A stretch of DNA of 64,000 bases from positions 5,177 through 69,176 of the IMG/VR virus record IMGVR_UViG_3300009838_000018. One strand, written 5' to 3'. Of this stretch, positions 9,897-18,411 are shown one piece after another. The position numbers and the translations under genes were made by a program. The first letter of the stretch is position 1; the number at the start of each line of letters is the position of its first letter. This DNA is from a virus. The notes under the pieces were generated by a model that saw only the letters and a program-made list of their open reading frames with translations, was not told where the DNA came from and ran no database searches.

Positions 9897-10598
9897 TCAC
9901 TTGCGCTTCACCTCATCCAAGATTGATTGAATCAACTTGAACCGCCTACGGCTAGCCTCCCTCAGTTGGGACAGGGGTCGGATGCTGACCGGCTTTTCTA
10001 GCCACTCGGTTAGACTGCCCATCGGTTCTTCACCGAAGCTGAGCAGATGGGGGTCTAGGGGAAGCAGTTCCCTCACGAGGGCCTTGCTGTGAGTCACCAG
10101 GACTGAGCCAACAAGGGGCTCAGGAGCCGACTCAATGAAGCTCCGAATTTCAGCCCCGGTGGAAGCAGCCCAGTCGTCCGAGAGACCGATGTCTGGCTCG
10201 TCCCAGAAGATGACGTGCCGGGTCTCCCGGCCCTTGCTGGTTCTGATGGCCCCCAGGACCGTCTCAGAAGAGTTCTCGCCCGTGCTCTGCCACTCCTCTG
10301 AGCCGTAGACGAAAGCCAGAGCTGGGTTGTAGGCGCAATTTCTGCGCCCCTCCATCGAGAGATGGATGCACTCGATCTTGGTCTTGGAACAGACCCCCTG
10401 GATGATGCGTCGAAAGAAGCTCTTCCCAGAGGCATTGCCACCCACAGCCACGACCAGCTTCCCCTTCCCTGGAACGAAGTTCGCAGAGATGGGCACTTCC
10501 CCGTTGTCGTTCGGGTGGAAATAGTCCAGCGTCAAGCACTCCTGAATCAAGCTCAGGGTATCATTGACCCGGAAATCGCTCTTCTTTGCCCTGGGCAT
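9897..10598 (-). CDS. stand-alone ABC-like P-loop ATPase
   Basis: Walker A GGNASGKS, Walker B/D-loop FWDEPDIGLS, H-loop LVTHS. Confidence 0.8.
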   Translation of the reverse strand: MPRAKKSDFRVNDTLSLIQECLTLDYFHPNDNGEVPISANFVPGKGKLVVAVGGNASGKSFFRRIIQGVCSKTKIECIHLSMEGRRNCAYNPALAFVYGSEEWQSTGENSSETVLGAIRTSKGRETRHVIFWDEPDIGLSDDWAASTGAEIRSFIESAPEPLVGSVLVTHSKALVRELLPLDPHLLSFGEEPMGSLTEWLEKPVSIRPLSQLREASRRRFKLIQSILDEVKRK

Positions 10599-10662
10599 AC
10601 CTGGACCTCTCTCCCGTACAACGTCCAGGTACACCAACCTTTCAACTAGGCTCGTCGATTTT

Positions 10663-10983
10663 TCACGGGACCCACTGAGGGTTGCGGGCGGAACTCGGCA
10701 TTGCGCTGGGGGCGGAAGACGCTTTGGGTGTTGAGCTGGATGCCTTCGGGGTGGCCGAGTAGAAGTCGTCCCCTACATAGCAGCACATCCCGGCGGGGCA
10801 ACCAGTCCCAACAGGCCCACCACAGACCTCGTTGTTCCAACAGCAGGACAACGGCTTAAGGTTGCAGGGGTGGGCTCGTGTGCCACACGGGTATTCTGGC
10901 GACACGGGGTTATCGATCTTGTTGCAGTCCTTGCATCCGGAGAAGGTCGCAAGGGCGGCAATCAGCAGCAATGTAGTTCGCAT
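10663..10983 (-). CDS. Cys-rich putative lipoprotein
   Basis: Signal MRTTLLLIAALATFSG-C (lipobox); 10 Cys; TPKASS repeats. Confidence 0.7.
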   Translation of the reverse strand: MRTTLLLIAALATFSGCKDCNKIDNPVSPEYPCGTRAHPCNLKPLSCCWNNEVCGGPVGTGCPAGMCCYVGDDFYSATPKASSSTPKASSAPSAMPSSARNPQWVP

Positions 10984-10997
10984 GAGGTCTCCTTCCC

Positions 10998-11872
10998 CTA
11001 GACCTCTTCATAGAGGATTCTTTCAAATCTGCTCCGACGGATGGTCACTTCGATAACCTCTGGAGGCGGCTGAAGCACTGGACCAGACCTGTCAATCAGG
11101 TTGGACCAGACCTGTCAATCAGGTCGAACCTTCGTTGCCGGATGTCATCCACTCGAATCGTCGGGTTCGAGATGATTTCAAACTCGGGTACCGTGACCCG
11201 TTGAGCCTGGATGGCTCTCGGGTTGACCACCCCTATTCCGATGTTCTCGGTCACCGTCCACCCAAGGGGGAGTCGGTGGGGCTCATCAGCCCCCATGACC
11301 GTCAACTCAGACCGTAGTGGGGTTGCAGCCATCGAGGCTTCGAGGTCTTGAAAGATTTGCCGGTCGAAGCTCTCCTGGATCTCTCTCACCGTCGCCTCAA
11401 TCATGTCAACGCTGAGGTTGGGCTGGGGGGCTTCTGGGTTGGCGAAAGTTGAGGGGGCCTCGATGCTCATCTGACTTGGGTCGAAGATCCCAATGAGCCC
11501 TGACGGGGGACTGGAAGACACGACGAACCCAACAGGGTTGTCTCCGTTCATGGTCAGTCCACCAGAGGTGGGATCGATTCCCACAGGGGTCCCAGGGACG
11601 ATTCTGGAGACCTGCATCGGACCCCAAATCGAGGGGATGAGTCCCTGTCGCATGACCGTCCCCTTGGAGTTCAAGAGGTAGCTGACCTGAGGGTTCTCCG
11701 GACCTAGGTCACGAAACTGGACCTCAACCCCCATCAAGTTGGGAACGGTCGGGTCCTCTCGAATCTGGAGGGATGCCAGGTTCCGGTCCCCTTGCAGAAG
11801 ACGGATCTCTTCCTGGAAGATTCGGTGCTCGTTCGAGTCTCGGGTTGGGTACCTGAGTGTCCAGGTGGGCAT
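10998..11872 (-). pseudogene. mosaic of major-capsid-like fragments, frameshifted near the 3' end by a 23-bp duplication
   Basis: The ORF now stops at 11096. Removing one copy of TGGACCAGACCTGTCAATCAGGT restores ...GPVLQPPPEVIEVTIRRSRFERILYEEV with stop at 10998-11000. Confidence 0.7.
11079..11124. repeat. perfect 23-bp tandem duplication
   Basis: TGGACCAGACCTGTCAATCAGGT at 11079-11101 and 11102-11124. Confidence 0.95.
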
Positions 11873-11903
11873 GGGGCTACCTACCCCGGTGTACTCAAGG
11901 GCT

Positions 11904-12290
11904 ATGCCACGGAAGAAAGACCCATGGTTGGCTCCCCTGGATGAGTCCTGGATCGAGGTGGGAAAGAAGATAATCCCACTGCCTCCAAATCTGGCTGGGA
12001 GCTATTCGTTCAGCTTTGGAGACTCCCCTAGTTGGAGCTGTAGCAATCTCCCTGCGAACCCGACTCCCCACGATATGCCGGTGTTCGTGATCTCAAGGAT
12101 TGATGTGACGGGGAACGGTACCCGGATGGTCCACTTCCACCTGGTGGCAGACCCTCGTCACGGGTCTGCTTGGTGGTCGAAGGACATCAAGTCGAAGTTT
12201 CGTCCGGCCCCTAGTCCGAAGAGAGCGCCTCGCCCGAAGAAGCCGAAGCCAACACCCTTGAGTCGGTTTGATCGTGAGGACGTAGTTTGA
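11904..12290 (+). CDS. hypothetical protein (W-x-x-x-G module) with C-terminal SRFDR tag
   Basis: ATG 11904 lies 10 nt after GGTGTA; ends KPTPLSRFDREDVV. Confidence 0.75.
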   Translation: MPRKKDPWLAPLDESWIEVGKKIIPLPPNLAGSYSFSFGDSPSWSCSNLPANPTPHDMPVFVISRIDVTGNGTRMVHFHLVADPRHGSAWWSKDIKSKFRPAPSPKRAPRPKKPKPTPLSRFDREDVV

Positions 12291-12522
12291 TGAAGACTGG
12301 GGTGTTCGGTCCCACCCAGGCCCCGATGGTGTTGAACTCGAAGAACTCAAGAGCAGCCTCGTAGTCCATCCCCTGCCCAACCAGAATCTCCAAGCACTTG
12401 TCGTAGTCGTAGGAGGCCACAGGGGGCTGGCAGGCTCGGTAGCAGATCCCTAGGTAGGCCCTCTCGAACCCATCGGCTAGGAGGGCATTCGGATTCTCAT
12501 CTTCGAGTTCTTCAATGCTCAT
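12211..12522 (-). CDS. conserved phage hypothetical protein
   Basis: LLADGFERAYLG..YDYDKCLEIL..ALEFFEFNTIGAWVGPNTPVF pattern common in phages. Confidence 0.7.
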   Translation of the reverse strand: MSIEELEDENPNALLADGFERAYLGICYRACQPPVASYDYDKCLEILVGQGMDYEAALEFFEFNTIGAWVGPNTPVFIKLRPHDQTDSRVLASASSGEALSSD

Positions 12523-12896
12523 GACAGGATCGGCCTCAGTGCTTGGGCCACCACAATGCAGCCCTCTCGTTGGTTGGCATCCACCATACAGGCATCCAGC
12601 CCTCCCGTGAACCCGAAGAGCTGAATGACCTCGTTGACCACCACTGGGTTCGGGAACCTGTTCCGGTCAGGTACCGAAATGGAAAGGTGCCGATAGATCA
12701 TCTGGTCTATCTGGCTCTCAGTAAGAGAGAACACGACTCGGAAGTCCCCGATGTTCATGACATAGTTCGGGTTGTCGCCCGGAGCCTTCACCTTTGGACC
12801 TGGGCGGTAGATGTTCTCCGGCTTCGAGGCAAAGTCCAGTACCTCTGTCGCCCTGGACTTGGCTTCGTTGTCAATGATGAGGACTCTGAGGCTCAT
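12519..12896 (-). CDS. hypothetical protein
   Basis: 125 aa; GGTGTA 9 nt upstream. Confidence 0.7.
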   Translation of the reverse strand: MSLRVLIIDNEAKSRATEVLDFASKPENIYRPGPKVKAPGDNPNYVMNIGDFRVVFSLTESQIDQMIYRHLSISVPDRNRFPNPVVVNEVIQLFGFTGGLDACMVDANQREGCIVVAQALRPILS

Positions 12897-12904
12897 GCCC
12901 CCAT

Positions 12905-14116
12905 CTACACCACGGGTTCCCTGGAGAAGCGATCTGCGGTGATGGTGATCTCTGGCATGATGATGGCTTGGGGTCCTGGGTCGGGGACGCCTGGCTGACG
13001 GAAGACTCGCAAGACCCCCTGGTGGCTTGCCAGAGGGGCCAAGGCGGGGTCACTGAGCAGAGCGATGAGGTCCATGTCCTCACCGTCTACACGGCAGCTA
13101 CGGGCCACCAGGACGCAAACCTGAGAGTAGTCCGAGTGGTGCATGTCATGGGCGGTTCCTCGACCTTGGATGAGCCGGAGGTACTGCCCGTTCGGCCCCT
13201 TGGCGAGGGATGCCACAGCTTCCCCTTTGATTCCTTGGTAAGAGGCCCCCTCGAAGTGCCACCCGTAGTTCATGGCCTTCCCGGTCTTCACCAGGAGGTC
13301 GTTGTCGATGACCCAGTGCTTGCCAACCGTACCCAGCAGCCCGGTGGGGTTTCCCAAGCTGACCAGGTCGGCATCGATCTTCCCCGAGTGCTCGATCATG
13401 GCAGCCGTGGATGACGTGATCTGCCTGGGGTGTGGGTTGAGCTTCACCGTCCGCTGGATCCACATGAGGTCGGCCAGCTTCGGGGTGAGCAGAAGGCACC
13501 CGGTCATGTCGGCAATCTTCTGCTGGGTCTCTGCCGTGACGTTGACCCGTACCCCTTCGATCTTCAGAGCATCGGAGAAGACTTGAAACTCAGCCGTATG
13601 CTCGTTGTAGGTTGAGGTTACGGTCGAGAAGCTGGCCTCGTAGTGCCCTTGCGAGACATAGTCGAGGATAGCATTCTCACGATCCGGACCAGCGTTCTCG
13701 GGAAGTTGAAGGGTCATGCTTCGACGGAGCATGACTGCTTTATGCTCGGCTCCCGAGGTCTCCAAGAGGTCGTGATTGACCACTCGGCTGAACCGAGTAG
13801 TCGGGTTCCCGGTGATGAGGCACCAAAGGTCTTCAATCTGGACTACTTTGCCCAGCGTGACTTTGTTCTTGATGGGGTTGAGGAATCCGACTGGAGTAGT
13901 CTCAGTAGAGCGAACTTCTAGCTGCCCGAACTTCAAAGGTAGGAGCTGGGGTACGGTCAGCACCTTCCAGGGGTCGTTCCCAGGGTTCCCCGTGTACATC
14001 CTGAGTTCGAGAAAGTCCTTCGGGTTGATCTCCACATAATCGGGGTCAAACCCCTCGATTCTGGACATCGTCGCTAGGACGGTGGCGATCTTCTTGCCAA
14101 GGGTCTCAGTCATCAT
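12905..14116 (-). CDS. hypothetical protein, possibly an enzyme (conserved-looking GKHW, NYGWH, H..HSDYSQ motifs)
   Basis: Start ATG 14116 overlaps the upstream stop; ends DRFSREPVV. Confidence 0.7.
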   Translation of the reverse strand: MMTETLGKKIATVLATMSRIEGFDPDYVEINPKDFLELRMYTGNPGNDPWKVLTVPQLLPLKFGQLEVRSTETTPVGFLNPIKNKVTLGKVVQIEDLWCLITGNPTTRFSRVVNHDLLETSGAEHKAVMLRRSMTLQLPENAGPDRENAILDYVSQGHYEASFSTVTSTYNEHTAEFQVFSDALKIEGVRVNVTAETQQKIADMTGCLLLTPKLADLMWIQRTVKLNPHPRQITSSTAAMIEHSGKIDADLVSLGNPTGLLGTVGKHWVIDNDLLVKTGKAMNYGWHFEGASYQGIKGEAVASLAKGPNGQYLRLIQGRGTAHDMHHSDYSQVCVLVARSCRVDGEDMDLIALLSDPALAPLASHQGVLRVFRQPGVPDPGPQAIIMPEITITADRFSREPVV

Positions 14117-14918
14117 CGAAGAGGATCCTGGAGAACCGGCTCTCGGGCTCCTTCGGCTCATCGCAAGGAGCCCATTCCCTTGCGAATGACGTGATGATCT
14201 GCCTTCGAGGTGGGTCGAACGACCGCCACACCTGGAACTCGACGTTGAGCATCTCGACCTTGATGATCCTGGCAAACTCCCCATTCCGGGTGACCCACTG
14301 ATCGAGCTTCAGCCACTCTGGGCGGACCCAGGGCTCGGTGGAGGTGGAGCACCCCATTGAAACCTCTGGGATGAGTCCAGACCTCAGGGTTGCCATGGCA
14401 CCTGGGTCGGGGTCACGGTCGTAGACTGGAAGGGCACCCTCTGGAATCTGGTCAACGAGGAACGTTCGTCTGGCTACCGAGCTGTAATCTATCCTTGCTC
14501 GAAGCGGGGCTATCATTGAGGCCGCAAGACGGGACCGCCCCTCAGAGCTGTTGATGAACTGGGAGATGATGCTCTCCCGAGCCTCTGGGGAGAGCATGTC
14601 CCCGTTCCGGTTCGGGGTGTCAGGGGGTCCTAGGAGGTTCTGGAACCCAACAACCGTTCTTTCAGTGAAGGGCCTTCGTCGCTCGTAGAGGTCATGGAGG
14701 GCATAGGCTTCTGGACCCTCCCGGTCGTTCGCCATCCTGACGTTGAGTCGGTAGTAGCGGGGGTTGGTCGAGCCAGGGTTGGGGTCAGGGGGGTCGAGGA
14801 TGAGAGTTGTACTGAGTACAAACTCGTCCTGCTCGAACCGAGCCCGGTCTACTCGGGCCTGGATCCGGTCGTCTACCGTGTTCTCATATCGAAGTGTCCA
14901 CAGGGGACCGGGTGGCAT
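14106..14918 (-). CDS. mosaic protein containing a major-capsid-like N-terminal fragment, a PxW module and an SRFSR tag
   Basis: IISQFINSSEGRSRLAASMIAPLRARIDYSSVARRTFLVDQIPEGALPVYDRDPD; ends ESRFSRILFDDD. Confidence 0.72.
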   Translation of the reverse strand: MPPGPLWTLRYENTVDDRIQARVDRARFEQDEFVLSTTLILDPPDPNPGSTNPRYYRLNVRMANDREGPEAYALHDLYERRRPFTERTVVGFQNLLGPPDTPNRNGDMLSPEARESIISQFINSSEGRSRLAASMIAPLRARIDYSSVARRTFLVDQIPEGALPVYDRDPDPGAMATLRSGLIPEVSMGCSTSTEPWVRPEWLKLDQWVTRNGEFARIIKVEMLNVEFQVWRSFDPPRRQIITSFAREWAPCDEPKEPESRFSRILFDDD

Positions 14919-14920
14919 GG

Positions 14921-15382
14921 CTAGGTCCTCATGAAGCGGAGTCGATACTCCCCGTCCGGCCATTGGACGATATGCGTCCACTCGATGACCGGTCGCACGA
15001 ACACCTTAGAGGGGTCACCCAGACTGAAGTAGATGACCGCCACGTCCTCTCTTGAGCCCTGTAGGAGGAGAGCGGTTCTCTCTACCGTGTAAAGCCCACC
15101 CTTGAAGTGCCGATATGCCCCTGGGGATACCTCCGAGTAGTTGTCCCGCCTCAGAAGAAAACGAAGCAGTTTCTCTGCCTGAAGGGGGTCACCACGGTCG
15201 ATGGGTGGGTACCGTTTCAGGAAGTTGTGGATCAGGCCACCAGGGGACTGACTGGAAGTGATGGCCTCTTCAGCCCTGTCTTGAGCAGCCAACACATCCC
15301 CACCCTGAAGCTGTGACTCGGGGACCCCGAGTGCATAGGCAGCCAGGACCCTGTAGGGGTCAATGAGGAATGAGGTGGACAT
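14921..15382 (-). CDS. DUF1653-like domain protein
   Basis: PGAYRHFKGGLYTV..VIYFSL..VFVRP..W; GGTGTA 10 nt upstream. Confidence 0.75.
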   Translation of the reverse strand: MSTSFLIDPYRVLAAYALGVPESQLQGGDVLAAQDRAEEAITSSQSPGGLIHNFLKRYPPIDRGDPLQAEKLLRFLLRRDNYSEVSPGAYRHFKGGLYTVERTALLLQGSREDVAVIYFSLGDPSKVFVRPVIEWTHIVQWPDGEYRLRFMRT

Positions 15383-15475
15383 AGCACCCGAGTACACCAC
15401 CTATTCTTTCGATGGCAAGTTGCTTGGTTGAAAGATCGAAACCCCAGACGTTGTACTCCTTAGAGGAGATTGAAG

Positions 15476-15943
15476 ATGCCTACGGACCCGATTGCAAATG
15501 TTGTTCTTGCCACCAAGGTAGCTCAGAGATTCGCTGCTGACGTGGGTGGGTCTGAGGACTTCATCAAGATGGTCGAGTCCCAGCTCAAGCTGGATGGCCG
15601 TCAGGTCAGGTTCAACAACAAGTCCAGCCTGGGTGGCACCAGCTACTCGATGGTCTTCATCAACTTCATCAACCTCCCCTCAGGCGTTGGTGGGGCCGGT
15701 GGTGGAGCTGAGGCCGAGAACAACCGGATGATGTTCATGGTGGATGGCTTCGGCAAGGAAGATCCCCATGCACCCCCTCCCACTGGCAAGGTCAAGATCG
15801 AGATGAGGGTCTCAGCCCTCCCCCGTGAGTACAAGCTCCGGGCGAAGACTGGCACCCCCTCTCAGGTGGCGAAGTACCTGGCCGACTTTATCAACAAGGT
15901 GGTCAAGGAAGTGGAACCCCACTTCACGCACACCGGTCGCTAG
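15476..15943 (+). CDS. hypothetical protein with N-terminal KVAQRF motif
   Basis: AGAGGAG RBS; VVLATKVAQRFAAD. Confidence 0.75.
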   Translation: MPTDPIANVVLATKVAQRFAADVGGSEDFIKMVESQLKLDGRQVRFNNKSSLGGTSYSMVFINFINLPSGVGGAGGGAEAENNRMMFMVDGFGKEDPHAPPPTGKVKIEMRVSALPREYKLRAKTGTPSQVAKYLADFINKVVKEVEPHFTHTGR

Positions 15944-16260
15944 AACCTGATCTCGGGTTCAACCACAACCCGAGCCTTTTTCTCCACCTTCAAGATCACG
16001 TAGGGCCTACGCTTCTGCCGTAGCCGGACCTCAACGTCCAAAGCACGGATGAACTCGTTTAGGACTGTTGGGTCGTCGGTCACCCAATGCTCGAAGGTGT
16101 CATAGGTGTCCGTGTGCTCTGGGTACCCATGGCCTGGGTTGGTCCGGGAGCGCTCGTCACCAGGGACATAGACGCTGGTCGTGTCGTAGATGATGACCGT
16201 GAAGTGGGGTCCCTCGGGGACATCACTCGGCCCCTTCACTCGAATCATGTCCTTCCTCAT
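15940..16260 (-). CDS. hypothetical protein
   Basis: 106-aa ORF in a coupled gene string. Confidence 0.6.
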   Translation of the reverse strand: MRKDMIRVKGPSDVPEGPHFTVIIYDTTSVYVPGDERSRTNPGHGYPEHTDTYDTFEHWVTDDPTVLNEFIRALDVEVRLRQKRRPYVILKVEKKARVVVEPEIRF

Positions 16261-16556
16261 CCGTTCCTACCTCTCCGGCGTTGGTTTCTCGCCAGGTCCG
16301 TGTGGACTTTTCCGTGTGGGTCTTGCTTGGCGATGAAAGCAACCGTCTTGCGGAACCTCTCGTTTGAGAGAAGGGCATCGACGGTCGAATACTCGGACTC
16401 CAGCTCTTTGTTGCTGAACTGAGCGTGAATGGCGTCGTGGCAGTCACGACAGATAGGTAGCGTGGCAGTTCCGGTACCGCCCCTGGTCCTTGGGATCAGG
16501 TGGTGGTCGCTCTTGCGGACGAGGATCCGTTCACAGAGAGGGCAGGTTGCTTCCAT
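16257..16556 (-). CDS. HNH endonuclease
   Basis: CPLC..SDHHLIPRTRGG..LPICRDCHDAIH. Confidence 0.85.
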   Translation of the reverse strand: MEATCPLCERILVRKSDHHLIPRTRGGTGTATLPICRDCHDAIHAQFSNKELESEYSTVDALLSNERFRKTVAFIAKQDPHGKVHTDLARNQRRRGRNG

Positions 16557-16583
16557 CGACCAAGGGGTACACCGGGAAGGCGT

Positions 16584-16805
16584 CTACTTCTTGGCGATAA
16601 CCTTGCCATTCGGGAGCTTCACAGCACCAAAACCGCTGGCAAAGGCAGCGGTGACAGCTTCCTCACATGTCTTGAACCCATGGCTGTAGTTCCAGTGCGG
16701 AACGTAGGAGCCGTAGTTCCAAGGTCGGGGGCTGCCCTTGCTGAATAGGATGATAGCTACCTCACTGGCTTGTTTGGCCTTTGGATCAGGTTGGGGCTTC
16801 TTCAT
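16584..16805 (-). CDS. hypothetical protein
   Basis: 73 aa, translationally coupled. Confidence 0.55.
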   Translation of the reverse strand: MKKPQPDPKAKQASEVAIILFSKGSPRPWNYGSYVPHWNYSHGFKTCEEAVTAAFASGFGAVKLPNGKVIAKK

Positions 16806-17206
16806 TCGGTCGGGTCATCCTCCCCGAGAACCCGGTCGGCCCGTGTTGGCAGCTCTGGAGCCTTCTTCTTCCTTTCGGTCTTGGGCTTGTCCGGGAGGGT
16901 GATGTTCCCGGAGTTCCAGGAGCAATTTGCCGGACTTGAGACCATCCTGAAGAAGTAGCTGAGTTTCCGCTCACTCAGGATCTCCTCCAGGTCCGAGTTG
17001 GTCTTGGAGACCTCTTGCTCGTTCTCAGGGGTCTCCAGGAGAAGGGAAAGGGTCAGGGAGCTTGGGTTGCCCCCCTTGGGCTTGGAGAACAGCTCTTTGG
17101 AGCTGGCGAGGGGACCAACCTTGTAACCTCTCCGGGCGAACCCAGAGGTCACAATGTCAACGGCCCCCTCGGTGAGGAGAACAACCCAAGCGTAGTGTGT
17201 TGCCAA
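16802..17206 (-). CDS. hypothetical protein with degenerate C-terminal tag
   Basis: Ends PELPTRADRVLGEDDPTE. Confidence 0.65.
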   Translation of the reverse strand: MATHYAWVVLLTEGAVDIVTSGFARRGYKVGPLASSKELFSKPKGGNPSSLTLSLLLETPENEQEVSKTNSDLEEILSERKLSYFFRMVSSPANCSWNSGNITLPDKPKTERKKKAPELPTRADRVLGEDDPTE

Positions 17207-17209
17207 CGG

Positions 17210-17467
17210 TTACCTCTTCGGGTTCAACTCCGAAGAAGACACCATGTTGACGGTGAGGGGGACCTGGTTGACCACTGGTTTGGCCTTGAGCGCTTCTTTT
17301 TCAGCCTTGACCTTGCGCTCGTAAGCCTGGGCCAGTCGGCCCAAACGTTCCAGCTCGACCCTCTGGGGGGTGTTCACTCCAGCCCCGAAGTTCTTCATGA
17401 TGGAGGCCACGACTGCCTTGTGCTCGGTTTCGTTCGTGATGACGGTGAGGGTTCTCGTGTCGATCAT
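17210..17467 (-). CDS. hypothetical protein
   Basis: 85 aa, coupled. Confidence 0.55.
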   Translation of the reverse strand: MIDTRTLTVITNETEHKAVVASIMKNFGAGVNTPQRVELERLGRLAQAYERKVKAEKEALKAKPVVNQVPLTVNMVSSSELNPKR

Positions 17468-17679
17468 GCGCTAGGCTCCTTGCTACATGGAGGGCATAGC
17501 CAGAGTAGCGGCTCGCCTAGACCCTGAGGGCGGGTAGTGAATCCTGCCTTTCGGGCTTGCTCCGGAGAGTCACCGGCATCCATTCCAGCCGGGGCTTGCT
17601 TCCTACAGAAGTCACACTGGATTGCCCACATCGGCTCTCGGGTTGCCTGGCTGTACGTGTTCGGCAGCTTGATGTTCAC
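17464..17679 (-). CDS. small Cys-rich (zinc-finger-like) protein
   Basis: CDFC..LCPPC. Confidence 0.55.
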   Translation of the reverse strand: MNIKLPNTYSQATREPMWAIQCDFCRKQAPAGMDAGDSPEQARKAGFTTRPQGLGEPLLWLCPPCSKEPSA

Positions 17680-17875
17680 TTTGCGACCTCGACACTTCGG
17701 ATGAGGGGCTCTTGGCCCAATGCTTGATGAGGAGCTGGCACAGGTTTTCGCAAATGTCTGCGTCTATCTCACAGTAGGGAGGCCCGCCACCACAGTCATT
17801 CAGCGGGCCACAGTCTTCAACAGCCATGATGAAGGCAGCCGCTTCAGGTGGGAGATGTTCCAGGTCGGGTCTCAT
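17612..17875 (-). CDS. hypothetical protein
   Basis: 87 aa, coupled to the upstream gene. Confidence 0.5.
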   Translation of the reverse strand: MRPDLEHLPPEAAAFIMAVEDCGPLNDCGGGPPYCEIDADICENLCQLLIKHWAKSPSSEVSRSQSEHQAAEHVQPGNPRADVGNPV

Positions 17876-18312
17876 GTGGATGCCTTGGTAATGACCTTGA
17901 AGTCAAGGATGTTGGAGCTTCTCCCATAGTGTCCACGGAGAAGCTCTGCAACCTCTTTGAGGGCCTCCTCTTCCCCATAGCGAAGGGTGACATCAAGTTC
18001 GACTCGGAGGACCTTGGGAGGGTCAACCGTCATGGCGGGTACCCATCTATCCCCAAGGTGGACCAGGATGTTCGAGTAGGGTGTGGCCTCATGCAGGAAG
18101 AAGAGGCGGTCCCGCTTCTCTGCCCCCAAGCCGTCCCGGAACTCCTGGGGGCTGTACTTGATGGGGGTGTCCGAGGGCAACTCCCTCACGGTTTCATCCC
18201 GGTCCTCTACTTGAACCCAGATCGTCTTGGGGATCTCTTTTGTGGGCTCTGGAGCTGGGGGTGGGGACGGGGCAGGCTGGACTTTTCGCTTGGGCATTGG
18301 ACCTCCGATCAC
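17872..18312 (-). CDS. hypothetical protein
   Basis: 146 aa with a Pro-rich N-terminus. Confidence 0.6.
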   Translation of the reverse strand: MIGGPMPKRKVQPAPSPPPAPEPTKEIPKTIWVQVEDRDETVRELPSDTPIKYSPQEFRDGLGAEKRDRLFFLHEATPYSNILVHLGDRWVPAMTVDPPKVLRVELDVTLRYGEEEALKEVAELLRGHYGRSSNILDFKVITKAST

Positions 18313-18354
18313 TACAACGCAGCAGGCTGGGGGTCCTTCAACCTGTACCGATGG

Positions 18355-18409
18355 AAAAAATGACGGCTCCGTGCAACTGGGGGGGCGAGTTGCTGTACCC
18401 GGAGCCGTC
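18355..18409 (-). terminator. long hairpin plus U-tract downstream of the tRNA pair
   Basis: GACGGCTCC/GGAGCCGTC outer stem and GCAACT/AGTTGC inner stem, followed by ATTTTTT on the minus strand. Confidence 0.6.
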
Positions 18410-18411
18410 GG

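Noticed and set aside
11079-11124. Possible CRISPR mini-array
   Set aside because: Only two directly adjacent copies with no spacer, inside a coding region; no cas genes or other arrays seen
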